Shown here piece by piece: positions 18,725 through 28,455 of a DNA stretch of 64,000 nt. The notes under the pieces are model-generated. The model was given only the letters and a program-made list of their open reading frames with translations, was not told the origin of the DNA and made no database searches. The position numbers and the translations under genes are program-made. Source of the DNA: an uncultured Candidatus Saccharibacteria bacterium (GTDB taxonomy: Bacteria; Patescibacteriota; Doudnabacteria; UBA920; 2-01-FULL-46-14); NCBI GenBank assembly GCA_964396685.1, contig CAYNFS010000001.1:16638-80637 (forward strand), written 5' to 3'. Position 1 is the first letter of the stretch. Each line of letters starts with the position of its first letter.

Positions 18725-20482
18725 TCATTTACGGTGTTTGTTTATCAAATAGCGGCCAATGGCCAGTGCATCCAAACCCGTTGCCCAAAAAGTGCGCAGT
18801 GCATCCTGGATGGAACAGACAATCGGCTCGCCTTTCACATTAAAGGAAGTATTAAGTAGCACAGGAACTCCGGTTTTGCTCTCAAACGTTTTCAGCAGCC
18901 TATGATACAGCGGATTTACGTCCTCTCTTACGGTCTGAACGCGCGCGGTCCCGTCTATGTGCACGATCCCTGGCGCCTCTTTTTTCAATCGGTCATTGGC
19001 GAGAAACGCGAGATTCATAAACGGCGCCTCACAGAATTTATCAAAATAGCGATCCATAGCTTCCAACGGTAGAGACGGACAAAACGGCCGCCAATATTCG
19101 CGGAATTTCACCACGGCATTGACTTTGTCGCGATTTTTCACGTCCCTTGGGTCAGCCAAAATACTTCTCTGCCCAAGCGCCCTGGGTCCCGCTTCCATGC
19201 GGCCCTGAAACCAGGCGACCATACGGCCCGCTGCAAGAGCGCTGGCAACCGGCTTGCAAATGTCATCAAATTTTTCGTACGGAACATGCGTCATTTTCAG
19301 AACCTCCTCTATTTCCTCATCAGAAAATTCCGGCCCCAGGGCCAAGCTTTCCAATTTTTCCGGCCTGGCCCCAGTTTCCTGAAAAGAAGCCGCCAGAGCG
19401 ACGCCAGCCGCTGTGCCCGCATCATTGCATAAAGGATGAGCAAAGATCCGCCCCACTTCCGGCAGTAGAAAAATCGCACTATTCATTTTGATGTTGTGAG
19501 CAATTCCGCCCCCGACGCAGACATTCTGAATTCCCGTTTCCGAAATTGCCCAAAGCGCCAGACGGTTTACCGCTTCCTCTAATTTTTTTTGCACGGCAAA
19601 AGCGAGATTCTCGTGCCAAGCGGTAATCCCCTCGTCAGGCAAACGGGGGTTTTTCCCAAGAAGAACTATCAATTCGTCAGTAAAACGGCCTGAAAAAGAA
19701 TGCTTGCCGTAATGAATGTAGCGCGGATCAAGGCGGTATTCGATTCCATCTTCAGCCTGGCGAATCACCTGGTTAAGCTTGGACGTGAAATCCTCGTCTA
19801 AGCCGCCGTACGCCGACAATCCCATAACTTTGTATTCTCCGTCTTTGGAGCGAAATCCTAAAAATTCCGTAATAGCCGAATACAGCCAACCTAGGGAATG
19901 AGGCATGAGAATTTCCCGCATCGGCTTGATTTCATCTCCCTCGCAGCGCCACACCACGGCGCAGTGCTTGTCACCGGAACCATCTATAGTAAGACAAACA
20001 GCTTCATTAAAACCGGATTGCATGTAGGAATGAAAGGCGTGAGTATAATGATGCGGCATGTGAATGATTGGCGGCATTTTGATGTCGCCAAAAACCTTAC
20101 GCCAGTTCTTGTAATGGATATTTTCCATGCCTTCAAAGTTATGTCCGGAAATCATATAATTCTGCCAAGCTTTGGTTTGATTGTCCACCGGCCATGTTTT
20201 GGCCATCTCATCAAAAAATTTTCTCATAGTCCCGTCAGAATAGGCTTTGACGTTCCATGCTACTCCCACCCCGGCTATATCTTGCATTGATATACCTGCA
20301 CGTTTGAGGCAATATTTCAAAGCTCTGATCGGGTATATCCCGACCCCGTGCTTGTGGCGAATAAAGCGTTCTTCTTCGGCCAGGCCCAAGACTTTTCCAT
20401 CCCTGACTACGGCCACCGACGGATCCACCGGCTCAGCATTTATGCCAAGATAAATTTGTGACTTTTTTTCCATGTTCATCAA
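18725..20482 (-). CDS. O-carbamoyltransferase (NodU/CmcH/TobZ family)
   Basis: EEERFIRHKH, HHYTHA, DGSGD, EYKVMGL, GPRALGQRS, KFREYWRPF, HIDGTARVQ and LNTSFN. Confidence 0.95.
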   Translation of the reverse strand: MMNMEKKSQIYLGINAEPVDPSVAVVRDGKVLGLAEEERFIRHKHGVGIYPIRALKYCLKRAGISMQDIAGVGVAWNVKAYSDGTMRKFFDEMAKTWPVDNQTKAWQNYMISGHNFEGMENIHYKNWRKVFGDIKMPPIIHMPHHYTHAFHSYMQSGFNEAVCLTIDGSGDKHCAVVWRCEGDEIKPMREILMPHSLGWLYSAITEFLGFRSKDGEYKVMGLSAYGGLDEDFTSKLNQVIRQAEDGIEYRLDPRYIHYGKHSFSGRFTDELIVLLGKNPRLPDEGITAWHENLAFAVQKKLEEAVNRLALWAISETGIQNVCVGGGIAHNIKMNSAIFLLPEVGRIFAHPLCNDAGTAAGVALAASFQETGARPEKLESLALGPEFSDEEIEEVLKMTHVPYEKFDDICKPVASALAAGRMVAWFQGRMEAGPRALGQRSILADPRDVKNRDKVNAVVKFREYWRPFCPSLPLEAMDRYFDKFCEAPFMNLAFLANDRLKKEAPGIVHIDGTARVQTVREDVNPLYHRLLKTFESKTGVPVLLNTSFNVKGEPIVCSIQDALRTFWATGLDALAIGRYLINKHRK

Positions 20483-21282
20483 TGCAAGCTTTTATAAATT
20501 TTTAGCACCTCGTCATGGATCTTGCTGTTACTCATCAAAACTCCATCCCGATGATAAAGATCCTCTGTGTTATAGACAAACTCCCGTCCCCAAAGATCAG
20601 TAATCCTGCCACCCGCCTCGGAAATCAAGCAATGAGCCGCGGCCGTATCCCACTGTTTCATCTTGTCTGTGGTCGCCAAATACAATTCTACTGTTCCAGC
20701 CGCCACCAACCCAGCCTTTAGTCCGGCGCTGCCCTGCGAAACGTATTCCCGAACGTTCAATTCGCGGGCCAGGCGCTTGTCTAATTCGGACAAATGATGC
20801 CGGCTCACAACTGCCTTTGCCTGCGAAAGCTGATCCACCAAGCTTACCCAAAGTTTTTGCCATTCACCGTTCTGGTTAAGATAAGCTCCCTCCCCTTTTT
20901 GTGCCGCATAATATCGGCCCGTGGCTGGCTGATATATGACCCCCAAAACCGGAGTACCTGCCTCAACCAAGGCGATCATCACACTAAACTCGCCGGTTTT
21001 GCCTATGAAATCCATGGTGCCGTCCAAAGGATCAACAATCCAAATCCGCTGTGCTTGCACTCTCGCGAGATCATCTTCCTGTTCCTCGGAAAGGATTGGT
21101 AGACCGGAGGAACGCAAAAATTTACTTATCGTATCCTGACTAGCACGGTCAGCAACAGTAACCTCCTCGCGATCCTGTTTGAATTCGGTCTCGAATTCAT
21201 AATGGTAAATGGCCATGATCTTGCTCCCGGCCGCTCTGGCGGCATCAATCGCCAACTTGGTTTCGTTCCAAAAATTCATCAT
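20479..21282 (-). CDS. cysQ: 3'(2'),5'-bisphosphate nucleotidase (PAP phosphatase)
   Basis: VTVAD, ILSEE, WIVDPLDGT, SRHH and WDTAAA; directly after the sat-cysC fusion. Confidence 0.9.
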   Translation of the reverse strand: MMNFWNETKLAIDAARAAGSKIMAIYHYEFETEFKQDREEVTVADRASQDTISKFLRSSGLPILSEEQEDDLARVQAQRIWIVDPLDGTMDFIGKTGEFSVMIALVEAGTPVLGVIYQPATGRYYAAQKGEGAYLNQNGEWQKLWVSLVDQLSQAKAVVSRHHLSELDKRLARELNVREYVSQGSAGLKAGLVAAGTVELYLATTDKMKQWDTAAAHCLISEAGGRITDLWGREFVYNTEDLYHRDGVLMSNSKIHDEVLKIYKSLH

Positions 21283-24035
21283 ATCAGCCCCTCGCTTTTA
21301 AGAAATTCCCAAACCTTCTGAACGCTTTGCTCAATGCTTTCACGGTTCGTGCTGATTGTGACATCCGGGTTTTGCGGGATCTCATAAGGATTTGATTCTG
21401 AAAAGCCGATAAGGTTTTTGAGTTGGCCGGCTTTTGCCTGCTGGTACAAACCCTTAGTATCGCGCTTCATGCATTCCTCCAAGGGGCAGTCGGCATACAC
21501 CAGAAAAAAGCTGCCCCCTACTATTTCGCGAACCATCTGCCGATCCGCCTCATATGGCGAAATAACCGGCACGAGCACAAAATCATGCTTTTCTCTTTCC
21601 TCCCGGGCCAGCCGGGCAATCAACTCGTTGTTTTTACGGATGTCCTCGCGGGAAAAACCCAAATTTTTGTGCAAAATCGCCCTGATTTCATCGCCATCCA
21701 GCATTTTCACTTGGTGCCCGAAACGCGAAAGTTCTTGTTTTAATCCTTCAGCCACAGCGGTTTTACCCGAACCGGAAAGTCCCGTAAACCAAAGCACGTG
21801 CCCGGCCGGGGCGGCGCTTGGATGTTTGACAAAAACTTCTTCGCCCCGTTTGATCGCTTCAACTATCATTTGGGAAATTTCCGGGCGCATAAACCATTCG
21901 GGTGGGGCCTCCCCCTTTTCAAACGTTTTTCTGGCTTCGGTGCCGCTGATATGAAGCTTGTCCTCTTCTGAATGCTCGATGCTGTCCATCTCATGGACAT
22001 GGGACTGCATTTTTTTGGAATAAAAAACCTGGTCAAACCGAATGGGAACAATGCCCAAATCAGGAAACTTGTCAAAAATCTCGTGGCTGGCCTTGGGGTG
22101 ATAAAAATCACCGACTCCGGTATGGTCGCGCCCCACGACGAAATGGCTGCAGCCGAAATTTTGCCGGCAAATGGCAGTAAACAGCGCCTCGCGCGGCCCA
22201 GCGTATCGAGAATAAGTAGCAAAAGTTCCCAGCACCACGCTGTCTTTGGGATAAAATTTTTGCATCATCATTTCATAAGCGCCGATGATGTATTTGGCGT
22301 GAAAATCCCCGGCCTTTTTCTTGCCGACGACCGGATGCACAAAAAGTCCGTCAGCGGAAGCTTGATCCATCGCCGCGAGCTGAATAAATTCGTGGGAGCG
22401 ATGAATGACGTTTCGGGTATGAAATCCAACGACCCTCTGCCAGCCGCGCTCGGAAAAAAGCCGTCTTGCTTGCCGCGGCGTCAACTCATACTCCTTGGCT
22501 TCGGAAGGCCGGCGGCGGATGAGATCAATTTTTCCGCCTAGAAACCAAGGCTCAAGCTGTTTGACATGCCGAACTCCCGGATGCTCCTCGTTTTGCGTGC
22601 CATACAGCTTTTGCGCCATTTCGTCCAAATCAAAGCGATACTTATCCTCGACATGTAAAAGAGCCGCCGGCTGATCCGACTCGTCAACGAGAACCACCAC
22701 ATCGCCGACATTAAGGGTGTTGGATTTTTCCTCGGAAACATTCAAAGTGATCGGCAGAGGCCAGATGACGCCGTTTGGCAGACGCATGGAATCCAAAACA
22801 CTGGCCAGTTCCTGGCGGCTCATAAATCCTTCTAAGGGACTGAAAGTGCCAATGGCAATTTGCTCCAAATCCATGTGAATTTCCTGGGATATGGAAATGC
22901 TCGCAAGTTTTCTAAAATCAATGCTCGGCATTTCCACTAATACGCGGTTGACCAATTTTCCTCCGTGGGGCGGCACCAATCCGCTGCTTCGATGCTGGAG
23001 CATAGAAGACGCTTTGGGAAAAGTGCCGGGATTGAGCATGGCTTCGGCCTCGGAAATGAGTTTTAGCATCATGTTCACGCTTTTGATCGGATATTTTCCG
23101 ATCGCGGTTTCCGCGGACAGCACTACGCCATAGGCTCCATCCAAAATAGTGCTCACCACATCATTGGCCTCGGCTCTCGTGGGACGCTTATTTTTTACCA
23201 TCGATTCCAAAAAGTTAGTGGCCACAAAAACCCCTTTGCCGAATTTCTTGGCCTGCCCTATGACGTGCTTTTGCAAAAAGGGAAGCTTTTCAATTGGCGC
23301 CTCTTTGCTCAAATCGCCCCGGTCCAAAAGCAGATAATCAGACGCTTTTATGATCCCCTCAAGGTTGTTCAGGGCGTCCGCGCATTCGATCTTGGAAATT
23401 ATTTTCATTTTCCCCATGCATGCCCTTCGTACTTCTTCCACAAAAGAAGCGGAACGCATGAAAGAAGCGGCAATCATATCTATTCCCTGGCTTAAACCGA
23501 GCTTGATGGATTCATAATCTTTGGATGTGAGAGCGGGCAAATCAAACTTCTTGGGAAATCCGGGATCCACAACAACGGCTTTGTTGCGGCCAACAATCCC
23601 GGCGCTTATCGCACGCGCTCTAATAAATCCTTGGGGCACAGTGGAAATATCAGTAACTCGCAAAATGGCCGTGTCAAAATCCACGTGCAACAGATCCCCT
23701 TTCAGGAGCTGGGAGAGAATGTAAGCGGGTTTCAAGGCGATTGTTCCGGGCCCGCCGATTTTGGGATAAGCACAAATTTTTACTTCTTCGTTTTCATCAA
23801 GATAAATCTGCTCATCAGAAAGTTCTCCGGTTCTGATTTGCGATCCCTCGGTGTCAAGAATAAACGGGATGCCGACTTTTTTTGCAAGGGCGATGAAATA
23901 TTCCAAATCGGCAATCGTGGAGTGGGACATGTTGATCCGCACGAAATCAACCCCGCGCGTTTTAATCATGCGCAAATCGGCTTCGCTTCTAGTCGCGGGT
24001 CCTAGAGTGACTATTAATTTTACTTGTTTATCCAT
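21279..24035 (-). CDS. Fusion of pyruvate kinase barrel, sulfate adenylyltransferase (Sat) and APS kinase (CysC)
   Basis: PK: TLGPAT, RINMSH, IISKIE, RGDL, ATNFLESM, PTRAEANDV, LSAETAIGKYP. Sat: PHGG, HTRNVIHRSHE, YAGPREA, GRDH. CysC: WFTGLSGSGKT, LDGDEIR, ISPY, KGLY. Confidence 0.93.
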   Translation of the reverse strand: MDKQVKLIVTLGPATRSEADLRMIKTRGVDFVRINMSHSTIADLEYFIALAKKVGIPFILDTEGSQIRTGELSDEQIYLDENEEVKICAYPKIGGPGTIALKPAYILSQLLKGDLLHVDFDTAILRVTDISTVPQGFIRARAISAGIVGRNKAVVVDPGFPKKFDLPALTSKDYESIKLGLSQGIDMIAASFMRSASFVEEVRRACMGKMKIISKIECADALNNLEGIIKASDYLLLDRGDLSKEAPIEKLPFLQKHVIGQAKKFGKGVFVATNFLESMVKNKRPTRAEANDVVSTILDGAYGVVLSAETAIGKYPIKSVNMMLKLISEAEAMLNPGTFPKASSMLQHRSSGLVPPHGGKLVNRVLVEMPSIDFRKLASISISQEIHMDLEQIAIGTFSPLEGFMSRQELASVLDSMRLPNGVIWPLPITLNVSEEKSNTLNVGDVVVLVDESDQPAALLHVEDKYRFDLDEMAQKLYGTQNEEHPGVRHVKQLEPWFLGGKIDLIRRRPSEAKEYELTPRQARRLFSERGWQRVVGFHTRNVIHRSHEFIQLAAMDQASADGLFVHPVVGKKKAGDFHAKYIIGAYEMMMQKFYPKDSVVLGTFATYSRYAGPREALFTAICRQNFGCSHFVVGRDHTGVGDFYHPKASHEIFDKFPDLGIVPIRFDQVFYSKKMQSHVHEMDSIEHSEEDKLHISGTEARKTFEKGEAPPEWFMRPEISQMIVEAIKRGEEVFVKHPSAAPAGHVLWFTGLSGSGKTAVAEGLKQELSRFGHQVKMLDGDEIRAILHKNLGFSREDIRKNNELIARLAREEREKHDFVLVPVISPYEADRQMVREIVGGSFFLVYADCPLEECMKRDTKGLYQQAKAGQLKNLIGFSESNPYEIPQNPDVTISTNRESIEQSVQKVWEFLKSEGLI

Positions 24036-24793
24036 AATTTCAGATAATTGTTAAAGTCTTTATATTTTCTCTGCTTATGTTCATCAAAACGTTTTCTTAA
24101 ACTCAAAAGTTTCACTTCCGCGGTCACTTTCCATATCGCGTACGCCAAATAGTCGGTTGGTGAAATTGCGATCCCGAATAATTCCCTTGGAGGAGTTGCG
24201 CTGTTTCTTTTCCATACCTCGATCCAAGATTCCTTACCTATTTTCTCGGAGAAAATCCAAAAATTTATCAGATCAAAATAACGGCTGGAGATTGCCTCAT
24301 ATAGCACCCAATCGATAAAATACAATCTTTCGGCTTCGAAAAAAATGTGATCCATATGAAAGTCCCCATGCGACGAGCTTTGGCTCATCGAAAGCTTGTC
24401 TAAAATTTTGCTCCAAAATTCCCAATCCTCTTTTGCGTGCATTTTGACAAAATCCTCAAAATAGTGCAGGTCACTAAGCAGTTTCAATGAAACCCGCGGC
24501 CAGCTGTGAAAGCTGACAAAAGCCTTTCTGAAATATTCTTTCATCAAATGTTCTTTCTCGGGATGAGAAGCCAATTCCTTAAGAAGCGGGGTTCTGGATG
24601 CATTGAAGAGAAACTTATAAGACGGCAAATACGAGGAAAAATGTGAGTCTTTTTTGACGGCTGCAATATTTCTTTTCTCCAACCCGGCCTCCCGCCAGGT
24701 CACGGAAGATACTGGAAATTTCCAGACTGTTTTTCCGATGCTTATAACCAAACACCTATTTTCGCGAATAATATTTTGACTAAGTATTTTCAT
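24020..24793 (-). CDS. APH/choline-kinase-like phosphotransferase
   Basis: HGDFHMDHI..FIDW..YFDL. Confidence 0.7.
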   Translation of the reverse strand: MKILSQNIIRENRCLVISIGKTVWKFPVSSVTWREAGLEKRNIAAVKKDSHFSSYLPSYKFLFNASRTPLLKELASHPEKEHLMKEYFRKAFVSFHSWPRVSLKLLSDLHYFEDFVKMHAKEDWEFWSKILDKLSMSQSSSHGDFHMDHIFFEAERLYFIDWVLYEAISSRYFDLINFWIFSEKIGKESWIEVWKRNSATPPRELFGIAISPTDYLAYAIWKVTAEVKLLSLRKRFDEHKQRKYKDFNNYLKLWINK

Positions 24794-24795
24794 AA

Positions 24796-25482
24796 TTATG
24801 GCTCCGCGCGAAAGATTGCCCGCCGCCGCCCGCTTCTAAATGAATCGCTTTCGCCGATTTTTTCGACCCGAGAAAAACCGCAGGAGAGCAAAAACCTCTC
24901 AATCCATTCGTGAGGATTTGCCCCCATATCAGGCAGTTTCCGGGACCACTCATGTATGTCCTCATCTGACTGGCCCATTTCAAAAATCATGGCTTTGCCG
25001 ATTTTCGGCCGTAGCTTTTGCAGGATCAAGCGGCAATAATTCTCGCCATTCTTGTACATCATATGGTGCATGACTGACATAAAAATTACCAGATCGAATC
25101 GCGGCAGCTTGTCTAAAAGTTGCTCGTCCACGCTGCCCAACAAAAATCCGGCGGGCATGATTTTTTCCATTACCAGCTGACTTTGTGCCACGTTTAAGCG
25201 ACGGGTGTTTGACTCGATACCCAAAGAAATGCAGCCGCATTCCTTGGCCGCTTGGATGACATAAAATCCTTCAGCGCAACCCAAGTCGAGCACGCTTTGG
25301 GCCCGGAAAGCCGCAATTTCTTTTTTGATCATTTGCCAGCGATCCAAACAATTTCGATCGCCTGTTTTGATCAACTTTCCCTTTTGGTACACCGGCTGAT
25401 AAACGGAAAAAAATCGGATTAATATTCGATAGTGTAATTCCAGGAGCAATCTTGATAATTTCTGCAGTATTTTTCGAAACAT
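24796..25482 (-). CDS. Class I SAM-dependent methyltransferase
   Basis: VLDLGCAEG and FDLVIFMSVMHH. Confidence 0.88.
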   Translation of the reverse strand: MFRKILQKLSRLLLELHYRILIRFFSVYQPVYQKGKLIKTGDRNCLDRWQMIKKEIAAFRAQSVLDLGCAEGFYVIQAAKECGCISLGIESNTRRLNVAQSQLVMEKIMPAGFLLGSVDEQLLDKLPRFDLVIFMSVMHHMMYKNGENYCRLILQKLRPKIGKAMIFEMGQSDEDIHEWSRKLPDMGANPHEWIERFLLSCGFSRVEKIGESDSFRSGRRRAIFRAEP

Positions 25483-25486
25483 ATTC

Positions 25487-26998
25487 TTATTGATTATTTT
25501 TGAGCAAATTCCGTTCAATTTCCTTGCGGTAAATCTGCCACAATTCTTCCTTGTCTCCTCTGCCCCTCTCCCAAGCGGCGATATAATCATAATCGAAACC
25601 GGTATCGTAAACGGCTGCGACAAAATTTTCTAAGCGGCGCTCATTTTCCGCAGTCTTGAGATTGAGTCCCAGCACTTCTTTAATTTTGGCGGAAAGCGTA
25701 GTCATATCAGTGTAATGAAACACGGTTGGAAGTTTGAGCGTGGTGCCCAGATTCCCCAGTTGGATTACCGGCTTCAAGCAAAAGGCCGCTTCTGCCAGGG
25801 TGGTGCCGCTCGGCCCGATGATCAGATCAGCTTGCCGCAGCAGTTCCCCGCTCCCGATGCGATAGTCAACCAATTTAACATTGGGGGTGCGCGCAATTTT
25901 TTCGAGATAAGAGGGGGAGCGCATGCCGTACATGGCCGGATGCTCTTTTACAACCAAAGTGTAGTCGTCGGGGAGGGACTGGGCTACCAGTCTGGCGGTT
26001 TCAATTTGATTGCTGAAAAACGGAGAAATAACATCAATCGACTCTTCGGGCTGAACCTGGAGGGGAAAATAAACAAATTTTTTGATTTGCTCGAAAGGAT
26101 AATATTGATAAGTGTCCATAAATTTCTCGTAAGCTCTCCTGGCATAGTGATCGCGCAAAATAATGCGCGGCGGACGGTAATCAATGGTTATCCCCGTGCT
26201 TTCCAAATAATTGATTTGCGGGTGCAAGTACCATTTCAGTATGTGATAGAAAGGCGACAGTTCCCTGCGAATTTTTTGTTTCCAATTCCGGTGTTTGAAC
26301 TGGGCTTGGGGTGACCGGTTGAATGTCTTTCGGAATTCGTCAATGTATTGCCTGGCCTTTGCTCTGTGAGAAGAATCTTCCTGACCGTTGTTCAAGAGAT
26401 CCACACGCTCGTAAAAAAGCCCGCTGTCATCAAGATAGCTGTGGGTGAAAATAAAGTACCCCTGAACTTTGGAATCAGTTATGCCAATCATAGGCACCCC
26501 GCGCTTTCTGGCATAAAGATAGAACATGATGTGCGGCAGGGAAGCAAAATTGGGAGTGATAATCAAGTCAGGCTTGAAATCCCGAAAAATTATTCGGATA
26601 TACTTGTATGTCGCCGTGACAAAATCGATGATGCCTTCATCTGACACATTTTGGCGGAAAGAGTAATAAAATTTGTCTTTGTACGATCTGACATGGTTGC
26701 GCATGGCAGATACCACAGGCCAAATAGAATCAACATTCAACTCCCGACAAATCTCTTCAAGGGAATATTTCTCTTGGCCCAAATATTTTTTGGGATTGCC
26801 CATAATCTCGTCGTTGCCGATTACCAAATCGTACTTGACCTCGTTTTGGTTCATGACAAATTCGTGGACGGTTCGCTTGAGCGTCAAAGCGGCTAGAGCG
26901 CACCCCTCGGCCTGCAGTTTTTTTGCCAAAAAGTGGCCGATGCCCCGCCCCCAATTACGCTGCTGAAAAATCAAGATTTTTTTGCCTTTGAGGTTCAT
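25487..26998 (-). CDS. Capsule_synth (KpsS-like) domain protein, putative ulosonyl transferase
   Basis: YFPLQVQPE, VVKEHP and GTTLAEAA. Confidence 0.8.
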   Translation of the reverse strand: MNLKGKKILIFQQRNWGRGIGHFLAKKLQAEGCALAALTLKRTVHEFVMNQNEVKYDLVIGNDEIMGNPKKYLGQEKYSLEEICRELNVDSIWPVVSAMRNHVRSYKDKFYYSFRQNVSDEGIIDFVTATYKYIRIIFRDFKPDLIITPNFASLPHIMFYLYARKRGVPMIGITDSKVQGYFIFTHSYLDDSGLFYERVDLLNNGQEDSSHRAKARQYIDEFRKTFNRSPQAQFKHRNWKQKIRRELSPFYHILKWYLHPQINYLESTGITIDYRPPRIILRDHYARRAYEKFMDTYQYYPFEQIKKFVYFPLQVQPEESIDVISPFFSNQIETARLVAQSLPDDYTLVVKEHPAMYGMRSPSYLEKIARTPNVKLVDYRIGSGELLRQADLIIGPSGTTLAEAAFCLKPVIQLGNLGTTLKLPTVFHYTDMTTLSAKIKEVLGLNLKTAENERRLENFVAAVYDTGFDYDYIAAWERGRGDKEELWQIYRKEIERNLLKNNQ

Positions 26999-28455
26999 AA
27001 ATGTAAATAATAATACCTATCATCCTCCCGATTAATATGAAATCCAAATTTCTGGAAAAGTTTGAGCGATGCCTGATTGTCCTTTTCAACCTCTGCCACA
27101 ACACTCGAATTTTGGGGCAACCTTTTCAGCCCTTCAGCCAAAAGCTTTTTACCCAATCCTCGTCCTTGAAAAGACGGAGCAAGCGCTATCGAGATACGGT
27201 ATTTCCCCGGCTGCTGCATATCAAATCGACAATAGCCGGCAACCAATCCATCCGCTTCCAAAACGAAACACAAATTATTTTTATTTTGAAAGTATTGTTT
27301 ATTAAACCAAAACTCGTGCGATTCAAACGGTATGGGTTCGGCGTTCATTGAAACGGACCTGGCCTGCGGATGATTGCGAATCTTCCAAACCGCCTCCGCA
27401 TCTTCCTTCCTTGCGAGCCGCACGACAGTCCAAGATCTCGTCCCAATGTAAAAGGAATACTTTGCATCCGGGATTGGAATCCCGTCAAAAATGAAATAAA
27501 TTCTCGCGCATTTGCCGCAGAATAAGTAATTGTCTTCCTTTTTCAAGTCTGATTTGCAAATCGGGCAGACATACTTAAATTGATTGACCCCATTTAATTG
27601 TTCTTTGGTTATGATATGACAAGCCGTTTGGTTCAAAAAAACCCCGTGATTTAGATGAAATGGTTCTCGTGATTTGACATTTTTGAGACTTTTTACGTAG
27701 TGGGGTATGCCTCTTACGTAATCAGTGGCTCTCATGTAAACTTTTTGCGCAAAGTTATCCAGCTCATAAGTTGGCTCAAACAGAACAACCGTTCTTTTAC
27801 TTACTCTGACCATCTCATCAATAACTTTCTTGTAATTGTACGGTATCTGCTCTAAACAATGGGAAGTAAATACTATATCAAAACAATTGTCGGGATAAGG
27901 CAGCGAGACCGCGTCGGCTTTGCATAATTCCACACTACTAACGCCCATTTTCCGGATTTCTTCTCTACCATGAATAAGCCTGTTAAGGGATAAATCCATG
28001 CCGTAATATTGTTTTTCCTTGCCGAAAAATTTCATGACCGGGATTATGGTTGACATTTCACCGGCACCGACTTCTAAAACGCTTTGAAAATCAAATTGTG
28101 AGAGAATTTGATTATATTCATTTTTCTTTTTTTCTTCCTGGTCAATCCATCGCATTTTTTGGATTGTGCCGTCTATGTGACAATAAATCTTGTTCTGACC
28201 GTCTGTGTAATATTTGGCTTTTAGTGCATCACGGCCGGCATGCAGGTCGTATTTCGCCTCGACTCTGTCAGTCGTAAGTCTCCAATCAATATGCCGGAAA
28301 AGTTTTAAAAAAGGCCTAAAAGCAATAATCGCCATTGACTTTACGGTATTTTCAATCACGAACTCTCTGAAAGTGTCCTTTCTCGTAAAAGTAATCGCCT
28401 TGAGAACGGCGGCTAAAAAGTCTGTCAATCTTTTCCTTAATTTCAGTCCTTTCAT
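26995..28455 (-). CDS. Methyltransferase / Trm112-like zinc ribbon / PseH-like GNAT fusion
   Basis: VLEVGAGE, FDIVFTSHCLEQ, CPICK..CGKC..DGIP, then IRNHP..HEFWF..FQGRGLGK..NQASLKLFQKFGF. Confidence 0.8.
   Translation of the reverse strand: MKGLKLRKRLTDFLAAVLKAITFTRKDTFREFVIENTVKSMAIIAFRPFLKLFRHIDWRLTTDRVEAKYDLHAGRDALKAKYYTDGQNKIYCHIDGTIQKMRWIDQEEKKKNEYNQILSQFDFQSVLEVGAGEMSTIIPVMKFFGKEKQYYGMDLSLNRLIHGREEIRKMGVSSVELCKADAVSLPYPDNCFDIVFTSHCLEQIPYNYKKVIDEMVRVSKRTVVLFEPTYELDNFAQKVYMRATDYVRGIPHYVKSLKNVKSREPFHLNHGVFLNQTACHIITKEQLNGVNQFKYVCPICKSDLKKEDNYLFCGKCARIYFIFDGIPIPDAKYSFYIGTRSWTVVRLARKEDAEAVWKIRNHPQARSVSMNAEPIPFESHEFWFNKQYFQNKNNLCFVLEADGLVAGYCRFDMQQPGKYRISIALAPSFQGRGLGKKLLAEGLKRLPQNSSVVAEVEKDNQASLKLFQKFGFHINREDDRYYYLHL

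Noticed and set aside
21279-24035. Dissimilatory or assimilatory sulfate reduction
   Set aside because: No apr, dsr, cysH or cysI in the window; cysC, cysQ and a sulfotransferase point to PAPS-dependent sulfation.
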